Assembly: GCF_964204645.1 (NCBI RefSeq)
Contig: NC_134035.1
Location: 2,232,001-2,296,000 of the forward strand
Reading direction: 5' to 3'
DNA from: Tubulanus polymorphus
Taxonomy: Eukaryota; Animalia; Nemertea
DNA length: 64,000 nucleotides
Positions 1-12,091 of this stretch are shown in pieces (the stretch's first letter is position 1; each line of letters begins with the position of its first letter). A program made the translations under genes and the position numbers. The notes under the pieces were generated by a model. It was not told the origin of the DNA. It made no database searches and was given only the letters and a program-made list of their open reading frames with translations.

Positions 1-338
1 GAAAATATTTGTTAGCATTATAAACTGTGTACGCTGCTACTATTTCTAAAATGCTATAGAGCACATGTGTAACTTAGAACCTATAACTAACTAATAATCA
101 GTTTCACTGTCTCGGATAGATAACTTCCATCCATCTTTCTCTATAAGATCTTAAAATTTAAATGTGTTTACTTCTATAACCATAGCCCAGTAACAATATC
201 AGTTGAAGTCAATGAAAATGAGAACTTAGTTCCACCAGACAGCAACTCGGTCCCGACCGACCATTATTAATCGTCCACCTTCGGAAAGACATTTAGCTAC
301 ACTGCCACCTATTGGTTTAATTAGCGAGTAACTCTTAC

Positions 339-3235
339 CGCTGGTGAAGGCTGTTCGCTGCCGCCGGATACTTTAATTGCACCATCCCAGGAATCACGTC
401 TGCTCGTATTGGTCGGTTTCGGTAACGTTCCGAGTCGAGATTGATGAGAACTCTAGCAAAACAAACATTTAAATACTTTAAAAAATGAAACACGTGTGTT
501 TAACTCACAACTGTGGAACTGGACCCAGGGGCAGCAGTTGCTCAAAAGATGGTTAAAGATAACCAACCGATAAATACTATACAATGAACTTTTAATTGTC
601 CACTTTTTCAACTATCCATTGAATAACTGTCAACAATTTTTGAGCAACTGACCCCTGATGTTTGGTAAATAGCCTATGATATTTTCTAAGGATGAGTAAA
701 AAGAACATTTAAAAAGCCCGAAAATGTGATGTGATAAATGTCTCTTCTAAAATTGAAGTATTTGGTTCATTCTATAGGGCTTCCAGCAGATCAATAACTA
801 GCTAAACTTTTTCTGCATTTCATGCATTAGTATATACCTAAACCATTGTTAAACTGCGATACTGCTGCTGCAGGCGAGCAGCGAGCTATTGGAACATTTG
901 CGGTTGGCTTGACTACAACAAACTACGTAGTTAGTTACTCAATACGAAGTAAATTTTTACAATATTTAACTAATTGTACGACAGTGGCAGCTATCGGCAA
1001 TCGGCGCAGTGTATTGGCTATCGGCAATCGTCGCAGTGTATTGTACTTTGCGCGTTTAAATCTGATATCATCTCGGATAATTGTGTGTTACACAACAGCA
1101 ACACTTGAGTGAGTAGTGAGTTGACTGTAGACTGTATTTCATGCGAAATGAATTAAGTGCAATTTAAAAAAAATCTAACAGCGGAACACGAACAAGTGCA
1201 TACACAGACATAGCCGATATATATTTGATTTAACTCAATTCTATCAATCTGCTATAATTCTGTTACCACAAAGTCTGGGGGGGGGGGGCTGCCGTTGCTC
1301 TAAAGTTGGTTAGAGTTAACCAGTGGATAGTTGAAATAGTGACAATTAAAAGTTCATTGTTACTATAGTGTTTATCCATCGGTTATCGTGAACCCACATT
1401 TGAGCAACTGCAGCCCCGCCAGAATTCCTCGGAAAAATACTTGAAGAAAAAATTGAGGCAAGAAATAACAACAAAAACAAAGGAATTTGTACAATATTTT
1501 TCACACAAGTGCAAGATACTTTCAACAATTTTTCAAACACTACTCAACAAAGAATATATATATGTAGAATAGATACAGGTGCTTGTGCGTCATCACAGTA
1601 GCAAGCGAGTGACGAGTGACCGATCTGAAATACATCAAACATTTCACGATATGTTCACCCACCTGAGTTATAAATGATATAGGGCGACTATAATAACTGT
1701 CATTTTGCTGAAATAGCCACCATATATTCATTCAATACATACAGCGCGCCGAAAACAATGACTAGTTCAAATATTTTTGGGTCGCGGCAAAATTATGAAA
1801 ATTGTGTATTTATTACGTGGAGTAAAATTGAAAATTGTTCGTTTGTTTGTAGGATGAGTGAGTCGAGCGACGCAGAAGAAAACTCAGGCATTCACAGCCC
1901 CTACCCACTGCTCCCTACCCCCATCTCTCTGGCAATTTCGTCTGATTTGCGCAGAGGAAAAGTATTATAGGCCTACATGTACTGAAAATAATGTACCGGT
2001 AATCGGTTTGTGTAGTTTATGAGTCTGATATCGCTACTATCCAGCTATCTTGTTCAGATTGTCATCCCATTATCAGGTATCCAGAGGATAATATCCTACC
2101 CGATGACCCTCGCAACCCCTACCAGCTACTCCCTACCCCCATGTCTCAGGCATTCTACTGATTCACCGGCTGGTTGTACGAGGAAGAATGAAATACTCAC
2201 CGCCGGTGAAGGCGGACCGGTCGACGATTGACGTATCGTACTGTCCCACGAGTCGCGGCGTACGTGCGCGTTGTGTCCCGGCGCTTCGGTCGGCTCGCCC
2301 GGGTATCGCTTTTTTCGATCTAGACTTTTGTATTTCTGAAATTCATCGCAAAAAACGTAAATACGAGACATACTATAGATAACGTAGTGGACAAGAACGT
2401 AGCGGAGGAAATGATTTTCATTAGTGACTCACAATAATGACTAATCGTATGCCCGAAGAAATGGTTGAAAATTCTACTCGACTCGAAACTTCCGACCAAG
2501 AAATTCCTCGGTCAATATCAAATTTCATATTCTATGAGTTTTATTCAATACTATAGCTCTACTTGAACCTAATGAAAGTACGTATCAATCTGCCTGTATC
2601 CTGTGGTGACGCCCTCAGCCAAAAACAGACTATCACCGCTGAAAATAATGATCGGTCAAAACCCGAGGCATTTCTATTTGAAAATGGAATGCAGCTTTTA
2701 CTCGACGCCAGAGACATTTTATCAGCGTGTTGCACGGAAAACTACATCGTCCAGGGTCTACTTCAAATGTCTGAAATGGGCGCAGGATACAGGTGGCAGA
2801 TAGACAAATACTACTTCTACTACTACACACAATTTTTTATTCTTTTTAAATCGATAATTCATAAACTATATCTCTCCTAAGCTGCTTAAGAGCGGCTTAG
2901 AAGAGATATAGTTTATCTCTATAAACTCAATGCTCAATGACTATGTTACTGTAATATTTTTTGTCTCTCATCTGTCCTGTGTTCTTTATTGATCCGTCTA
3001 TTCAATGATGTATTAGTTCCACAATACGGACCAATTAAATTTATGTGAATTCAAAATCAAATATCATCGAACTTACCGCTGAATCGCGAGAGAAATTCAA
3101 ACTGCTCTGACTGCCGGCGACGCTACCGTTCATCGGAGTCGGCGCCGTTCCGTCTTGTAGCTGCAACGGACTGCGAATCGGCTGATCCTCGATGTTACCA
3201 GTAGGTGGCGCATTGTTGCTAGCTTCGTTGTCCAT
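339..3235 (-). CDS. 5' coding exons of an unidentified gene (Ser/Pro-rich, disordered N-terminus) that continues off the left edge. Exons 3235-3077, 2335-2201, 452-339.
   Basis: ATG at 3235. All three exons end GCG|GT(A/G)AG and are preceded by pyrimidine-AG acceptors, all phase 0 (159, 135, 114 nt). Joined peptide MDNEASNN...SRDSA-KYKSLDRK...RRDSWD...PSPA-SSHQSR...RRDSWD...PSPA. No family recognised. Confidence 0.75.
526..657. mobile_element. MITE family B (about 130 bp, TIR GGGGCTGCAGTTGCTCAAAA). Other copies at about 1283-1416, 49605-49849 (double) and 56407-56535.
   Basis: Terminal inverted repeats plus shared internal GTGACAATTAAAAGTTCATTGTT across four loci. GGG...CCC ends suggest PIF/Harbinger, but no clear TSD. 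Confidence 0.75.
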
Positions 3236-4200
3236 AGTTCGGAGTAGTTATCGGAGTATTAGTTTGTATACACGTACGTAGCTATATGAATTTGAAGATT
3301 TTGGTCGTTTCTGAAAATATAGTAATTTAAAATTGAACATTAATAAAATTGCTTTTTTCCGTTACATGTAATGATTTAGAAAAATAGAAAACATGAAAAT
3401 GCCGAAATATCAAGAAATCATAGAATCTCCAAATGAATTTACAATAAAACCAACAATACAAAAAGAAAAACAAATCTGAAAGCTCTCCTTGAGCCTAGGT
3501 TTATTCAACGTTTCAACTAGGTACAGGTAGAATAATGGGAATACCACAATGATAAAGAAAGACAAAGTCCGAAAATAATTTCTAGAGCCACTAGTTTATT
3601 CTTGGTAGTTTTCTCGTGATTTCATCATCACAACACGCATATAGTGTTTTATCAGTGAGGTCAGGTAACTTAAGCATTTTTGAAGATAACAATTAGGATT
3701 AAGTCGAAACGTCAAAATAAACTCAATATTGTAAATAATAGCTCAACGAAACATATTTCGGAATAGATCGGGATTTTACTAAAAAATACTGTAGGCCTAT
3801 GATCATTACAACACAGACAGCTTCATCAAGATTATCTCCAAATGAAGCTTTTTTCTAGAGAAGATAACCTAAAGACGATATCACTTTTTAAAATGGTCAA
3901 AAGTTTATGCAGAATTTTAGAGATTTCCGGCGATGACAACCTGATACTAGCGCAAATAATTCATTAATAAATGCATGTAATTCATTCGTACCTAGATATT
4001 ATGTAAAATAACAGACGCGAACTTCAAGGTCATTCTACCCCTAGATCCATACTAACGTAAAACACTATCTGTCCGCGGTACTAATTCGACGCGAATTTAT
4101 CGGAAATGTGACGTTTGAAATAATTTGAATACATAATCGTTTACTTAATTGAAATACAACATGCGAACAAAATCAACACGAAATGCGTAGTTATTCTTAC

Positions 4201-4260
4201 ACAACAATTATTGAGTTTGATTGCGAATTCATTGTTAGTACATACACGACCTATATATAG
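4201..4260 (-). promoter_or_regulatory. Putative TATA box (4251-4260) and short non-coding first exon of the left-edge gene
   Basis: CTATATATAG about 50 nt upstream of a GTAAG donor at 4200. Matching acceptor at 3311 precedes the ATG exon. Confidence 0.4.
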
Positions 4261-5311
4261 CCAGGCTAGCTTTCACTGCGGAAGAAGATTTGCCCTATTA
4301 TTGAATCGAACAATTAATAGAGTATGGTCAATATAACAATAGCGATGTATGTTATATACTATTAGTATAGGGGTGAGATATTGGGGGATGAGCATTAGAC
4401 CGATAAGACACACGCATATAAATCACGGGCGGTTCGGGGCAAGTTTCAACTAAACGCCTTAGTCACAAGCTATATGTAAGATTATTATGCGTCAGGCCTA
4501 TATGTCAATAGAAATGAATGAATTGTTTCACAACTTCTGGTTTAAACTAGCCACTCTAGATGGATGATTGTTTGCACGAACTGGTACCGCAAATTTCCAA
4601 TAATGAACTTCGATTTGAATAAAAAATTCCGTAAATTCGACCGCCGATTGCACAACTATATCTGTACTCCCGATTTCCGATTTGAAAATAAAATCCTGTT
4701 TCATTCCTGTCGGGTGCAGTGGGTTTGTTTGGGATGCACAAAAAAACCTACCGAGATCAAATTAATCTACCAAAAAATGAATGAAAGGGACAATTCCTAT
4801 TTCAAGAAAAAAGTTAACTATCATATTCCTATAAAAACTTTCATTTTATATATTTTTTCGCAGAATCAACTTAAATCCTTGAAAATTTGGCCCTTCCTCA
4901 TATTAGCAGAGAAATGCGCGATAGAAGATAAAATACGTCAGGGTACAATTTTCAATTTCTGCATATGCATAAGGTCCTTGACGATAAAATATTTCAAATA
5001 ATTAATCAAAAATTGCGTTGTTCATACATTATTCATCTGAGTTTAAATCCAATTCACAATAATACGGTTACTTGCATAGGCCTACTTATACAGATAATCC
5101 CTCCCTGCCCGACCTCCTGAGGCAAAACCCAGATCTTCAAAAGATACATTCCGAATTGAATCATTGAATCGGACATACGAAAAAAAAACCGACATATTTT
5201 CACACGGTGGCAGCGCAGAGAATGCGACAGATGCTTTTATCATGAACCGACGGCGAACCGCTGTCTAAACGCTGTATTCACAATAGCTATTAATCTACGC
5301 TACTGTAGATA

Positions 5312-5316
<5 letters not shown>

Positions 5317-5368
<52 letters not shown>
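5317..5368. repeat. (AT)n microsatellite
   Basis: Direct reading. Confidence 0.95.
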
Positions 5369-8300
5369 TCCGGTGGTGAATGACGATGTGTCACAGTTGT
5401 CACTACGTCGCGGGTTTCACTAGACCTGTACTACAATCATAGACATCCGTCTGTGCTCAAAATGCAACATTTAGGCCTATAATATGATGTCAACAAAGTA
5501 TTCCAGTAATTTTTAGGCAATTCACCGATGCCATAAAATATGAGTTTTGTGCATTCGAGCCAGATCTTCATTGACACTGCCACAGAAATCTGCCTAAAGA
5601 TCAAGAAGATACAAAGAAGATACAAGAAGATAAAATCTCACAAGAACGCCAGAAAAGACGGATGATGGCTATTAGAATATAGGCCTAGCCGATACACTGA
5701 TTGTCTTTTCCTAGACTTGAGGTGGGATTTTTTTATGTACATGGTATATGCCTATATAGGAGTTTGTACTGATGTTCTGGGTGGTTGTAGACTTTTAGTG
5801 ACCTACAGGGTGAGGAAAAACTCTCATACTCAAGCTATTGTCAATCTTCAATTCAAGAGATCAATTAACGAATTATCAAAAAGAAAAGTAGATTCGAATT
5901 TTTCGAAATGAGAAGCAATTGATTTAATAGTTCATGGACAGTACGTACAATTAATATGTTAAATGTTGTAAAGAGTTTTTGAGGCCAGTTAAGTTCATTT
6001 GTTTCAAATAGCCTAACAGACAGTCGAGTCGAGTCTACTCGAACAGGTTTTAACACACTACATGAATACCAGGAATTCAAAACCAGGAACATTAACGCTA
6101 TTCAAGCCTAATACGTAAAACCCGGTATATTAGGCAGGGCATGCCTGCTAGTTACGAAGTGTATGAGGCACATATCAAATCTATTGTTTCCTTACTTAAA
6201 TTTCATAATTTTTCGTGTAACTTCACAGGTTCCTCAGATGGTTTCTATGTTTCCTAGGTAGAAATTACTGTAAAATGCGCTTAATTCTGATCATCAATTG
6301 GACTGATGAAATCCTCATGAAACATATGGTAGGCTATAGGATAGATGGACTATATCGGACCAAAGTCCATACACTGATTCTACTGATCAGGATTAAGTGC
6401 ATAAGAAGTCTCTAAACCTTTATCCTAAGATCGATTAACCTTTTTCATAGGAAACGTCGAATATTCTTATGAAATCGTGTGCGATAGGACACAATCGGCG
6501 AATTGAAAATTCAGTAGAATTATATGAAACGCAAATATTGATACTACGTTATGGAGACTATAACTGTAGGTCACTAATGAAAAAAAAAGGCAATTTTCAA
6601 TATCTGGGTAGATTAAATATTTCTCGTGCCGGGTTTCTATGTTTACTTTAGCTAATGCACATCGAAGAAATGAGGTCCAATACAAAACAGAGATAACCGC
6701 GCAAAACAAACAAGACATAGACTTCGTAATATACGTCTAAAAAATGATTTGAATAATAGTCTGAAAATAGACTGATTCCTACCAGGCAACATATTTATGC
6801 AAGTTCCAACGCAAGCATATTTTCATACCCCAAATACGAGCCCTAAATGATAAACCAGTTATTAAAAAATGCAGTTCGATTTATATGGAAATGTTGTAAT
6901 TCCAGTGGAAGTTTAGAGTCTGAGCTTTATCAAAGATTTAACATAGGGCCAAACATTTAAGATGCTTCAAGACATTGTAAGACCTGTTTCAGAAGGGCAG
7001 ATATACCAAATTAGGCGAGTTGTCACTGAAAGGCCGAGCTTTTGAAATGAAATGATATAATATCAATGAAACTGACAGAGCTAAGTAAGAGGCGGGTATA
7101 GCATTTTTTTCCAAGCGAGGCCACCTTTCCGCTATACCAGTACCTTGATAGACTGATTGTTGCATATTGCTTCTAATAAGATACTGATACAGTCAAATTG
7201 AAGGCCATCATGAACAATATGATAATGGCTATTCTGCAGGCATTTCAATAACAGAAATAGCCGTGGTCACCTTCAGCTCTTCCTAATCTTTCTTCAGCTT
7301 ATTATTTGCCTTTGGCTTTTTTACTCGAATTTACTGACATTCTGTCATTAGTGTCAAGTCAAGTGTCAAGAAACTGTGGCATTTGATTAGATGTTTTAAG
7401 TACTTTAATGCTTCTTAAGGTTAGGGCTACAGTTAGAACTAACAGTCGCTGCAATCATCGATATGATTCACCAGGGACACACCTACAATGTTAGCTACCT
7501 ATTTCACTGTCAACATGGTCAATCAGATTGGAATTTAATTCGATTTCGATCAGTTCTTCGGTTTGCGGCGGGTTAAGATTTGAAGCGTATTCAGCGATTC
7601 AACGATTTTCCTCGCTGAACAAAATGTCAAAATATTCAAAAAGAGTTACGTTACCATTTACACCAGTCATAACAGTGATATATCCGTCGATTTTGACAAA
7701 TTCCAACACGAAAATCACGAAAAACTCCGAAAAATAATTTTATTGAGGCTCCACCTCACGGTTAGTTGTGCGTGAGAATTCCTCAGACGGAGCCACCGTA
7801 CGGTACAAAAAGTCAGTATTTCATTCTAGTTTCTAACAATTTTATATCAAGATCTGTTGTAAAAATTGTGGTTAATTTCGTTAAAAATAGCTCAATCATC
7901 ATTATTCGATATTGTCCGTCTAAGGATCTGGGTATTTGTCAATAAAGTCAAAATTGGATTGAATTGAATTACGCGCGAAAAGTGTCAAATTAAAATTACT
8001 CTTTTTTTAGAAAGTTTGAATAAAACACCGTCTAAAATTCAAATCTCAACAAACTCTTTATCTCCATTCGTTTCATATGATGAACCGATCGAATATTTGT
8101 GTAATGTTAATTGTGGGCAATAAAGCTTTATTGAATTGGATTCTGTGTCGTTCCAGAAAAAGAAAAATTTCGCTTGAAAAAACAAGTTATTCTAGGTAAA
8201 TACGATGTCGATTTGAAATATTTCTCTCCTAGGCTTTCATTAAACTTGTTTGCACTTTAAGATGAATGAATCTTCCGCACTCGATGAAGTCTATACTTCA

Positions 8301-10899
8301 GTTTTAGCGGCGAATTATTTTAAAGTTGAAATCAACTCAAATTGCAATTATAATTTATTGTTTGCCTGACTTCCTGAATTCACCACAGGGGCTTGTACAC
8401 TGGTTTGGATTTTAATTCCGGGTTGGTGATGATCTCGAAATTATCACTAAACGGGAAGTAAAATCCATTATCACCAAACCAGACTGCACTAAAACACTAA
8501 GAAAGTAAGAAGAAGTAAAATCCAAGCCAGTGCAGTTTACAAAACAGGCCCTTCTCTGTGCTACCTTTGACTGGTCAGATCATCAGCTATGTTCATACAT
8601 AATGTATACAACAGCTAATTGTGAAGGGTTTTTAATGTATTCATGGATGAAAAACTACCTCAATTTAAACTAGAATGGGATGACAAGTAACTGAACTGAA
8701 CTGAACTGAACTGAACATTACTTCTCATCAAGATACACCTTTTTCTGATGTCGTGATGAATTATGAAAGCTCTTTGTAACTTTTTCTATATTGCATAGCA
8801 CAGACATTTCAAATAAGCCTTGGAAAACTGAGTACGCAAAATCTGATAATTGAGCATTTTAGAAAATTCGGAAAAATCTGTCCACCTCAAATGATGAATC
8901 ATTTAAATTTTCCCTCTGTTTACTCAAACCAGGTGGATCAAAGGCGTTTTGTTTACTCTAGGCATTAATTGCACACATCTTGCAATGTCCTGTTTGTGGT
9001 ATTAATACCACTATACAAACAGATCTATGAGTTGATCATTGTGTCAATGGTAAAGATCTTCCCAATTAAGCTCGAAGTGTAATGAGTTAACTGTCACTCA
9101 TTTCGTTAATTGATTAATTAATGCTATTCGTTAATTAGGAGATTTAATTGCACTTGTGTTCAGCCAAACTTGCCAATATCTGAACAAAACAATTTTGTAA
9201 GGACAATAAAACAGAAATATTTTCAAATTATGAAATAAGATTTTTTGAATATTTTGTATATTTTTCTTTGCTCCTCAGTTAAACAAACAAAACTATTTTG
9301 GACATTTTGCCACTTAAGTTATTTAGAATTCTTTATCCTTGGTTTTTCTTATTCAGCATAAGGATTCGGAATGGATATTAGATTATTCACTAAATTTAGT
9401 TAGCCTACTTTCTGTCTTTAATATGTTTACCAATGTTTTTTCAAGATTCATTTGTGGAAAATCTTTGACTCTATTTTTGATAGCTATTTTCAAGAGTTGA
9501 AGAAGAGCCATGGTTAGTTACCTGGTTTCAAATCTTCAGAGCAGTAAACCGAGTACAGATAGTACTTATGAAAGTTGATTAGATTTTCTATTGAAATAAG
9601 TCACTAATTTACCTGATGAAGCTGCAAAGCTTGTTAATAAAATCTAGTTAACTTTCAAAGTACTATCACTCTTCTTGTTTACCAATATTCTTCAAGGTCC
9701 ATTCACGGAAACTCCATGGACTAGATTTTATCATGATTCCCGAGAGTCTAGTTATCGCTTCATTGAAAAGGATGATGGAAAAGTTGCCCCAGTAAGTCAA
9801 CTATGCCAGGTGCCCGGGCACGTCCTTGTAACAATACTGCATTTTAATGGAGAATTCATTTATCTTGGCTGGTAACCACACTTTAATAGAGATATGACTA
9901 GTTATAGATTAATGCCGGGCAATTATAAGGTCTGAAGTGTTAACAGTTCGACAATAGATGGGCACAAGATGTCACAATAAAAGGCTAATGTAATATATCA
10001 CTATTGAGTAATCAGCCCAAATGATCACTATTTGTTAATTAGACTGGTTGCCAGTAGTTATTAGGTTTCATTTGGCAGACTTCAATAATAAACTGTGTTT
10101 CCAATGCTTTCAACTGAACTAATAGATAGAAAGTCTTTTCGATCGATTGTAGGCAATTGAGGAGATTCTGCCACTTATAGAGATGTTAAAGATAATAGAA
10201 ATCTTTTCATTGCGAAACATTACACCTTTCCCTATGAGATGAATAAAAACAAGCATTTTGTTCGATATTAGGAAATGAGTTTTTAAACGCATAGTAAATT
10301 TTAGCAGGGGGACTTATGAGACTTGCATGATTCCATCAAATTTTTTCAAGTGCCCTTATCTATTTTGTCAAGAATGTGTGGGAGTGCCCTTTTATGGATG
10401 TGGCAAGTTCTTCAAAATTGGCGGCTTGATCTGCCCCTGTTTTTAACTGGGGCTGCTCTTGTAGGTTTCCTACGATTATATTATTCCAATTTTTTATTGA
10501 ACTATTGTAAGAATATTAAGGACATCCTGAATTCCTTGATTTCGTTAAAAAAGCATTTAAAGGCACTTGTTAACTCGTAGCAGGTTAACCTTGTAATTGG
10601 CTGTGTGGTGTTCTTTTATTCGTCAAATAGTTCAAACACGCAATAATGATCTGTTATTCCTCTGCTAAAAATAGTAATTAATTGAAATGACTTTTTCACC
10701 GAACAGTCAGGAAGTAGGAGGCATTTCACAGAGAGATGCCAATTACGAAGTCTGAGGTGTCGGGTTCTCACAATAGGATAATTGTCAACGGCATGAGTCC
10801 GCGATTTGGGGCAGTCTTAGAACACTAAACCGTTTAGAAAACAGTCAATTACTTTCATAATCCCAGTTAATCTCAAGTATTAATCCCTTTTAAAACCGA

Positions 10900-12091
10900 G
10901 GTGACCAATTAAGATGGCCGAACACACGCGGCCGAACAATAGCGAACATCTTGCTTCTTGTTTGTCAATAAACATCGGATTGAATTTGGGGAATCGGGGA
11001 CTGGTAATTGGTCGAGAGTTCGGGATAAATTCACCTGCGGTCTTCACGTCTGCACAATATCCTCGAAACTCGAGACGTGCGTGTCACAGTTACTCGAGAC
11101 ATGTCTCCGCCGTCGGAATTAGGTACTTGTTGCAGTTGGGTGCCCGACCAGGTAAACTATTCAAACTCATTTCAAAATTTCTTATAACATTTGAGTTAAA
11201 ATCGTCTTATAGTTTTAATCGCGGGTAACTTGTCAACGGAAGCCAAGTCTCCTAAGTTTGTTTAGATGAAACTGCGATTAAGCCATTACTCTCTAAACAA
11301 CCCTTTGGAATATTTTGTTTTCAAAAATTTTTGCTAGGATTTTTGATATCTATCAATATATTATATCGCGACATTTTCAGAAAAAAAAATATTTATTTCT
11401 TAAATGAAAACTTGAAAGAATTTATGTTATTGAATAAAAGGTCAGATTAGTGGATAGTAGGTTTTTCTTCTCGTTTTTATGATTTAGAAACTCTAAAGTA
11501 CTCAATGAATTTGTTGTTAGCTTCTTATGGAAATATTTAATCAGCTTTGTGCTGGTATTTTAGGAATGTTCGAGACCTATTATTCTTGAGGTTTCATCCG
11601 AAACAGTGTGCATGTATTCATTTCATATTGCCTGGGACAGTTGTGAGTTTTGACTGAGAGTTAACTCAATGAAAATGAACTAATTTTAACCGAGAGTTAA
11701 CTGTAACTCACAATAGTGAATCCAGTAGATTTGACTCATTGATTGACAGTAATTAATTCATTGAAAATGAACTAATTTTAACTCACAGTTAACTACTGTG
11801 GAAGAAGGTCCTGTTGTCTATGTGCAGTTTTTATCAGTAATCAAGAGATTCTTACGCGAAATTTGAACAAACTAAATCAAAATAAGTTGAAATTAATGAT
11901 TTATAAATTTTTGATTTTTCTCGTTTGTTTTGCAGGTATTCCGTACTGGTTTGAATCTCGCAGGACCCGTGCAACTGAATCTCGGACCCGGTATCAGATT
12001 CAAACCCGACACCGCCGCTGATATTGCGCCGCTTTGCTGTTCGGCTACCGATCAAAACAATAATAACACCAACGAAAAAACCACCGAAAAA
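10900..12091 (+). promoter_or_regulatory. Putative promoter and 5' UTR exons of the zinc-finger gene
   Basis: YY1-like AAGATGGCCG at 10911, donor CCAG|GTAAAC at 11151/2, acceptor TTTTGCAG at 11935 leading to ATG 12092. Confidence 0.4.

Noticed and set aside
4564-5001. 145-aa plus-strand ORF and other short ORFs in 4500-10600
   Set aside because: AT-rich K/F/I-biased translations with no motifs or splice support.
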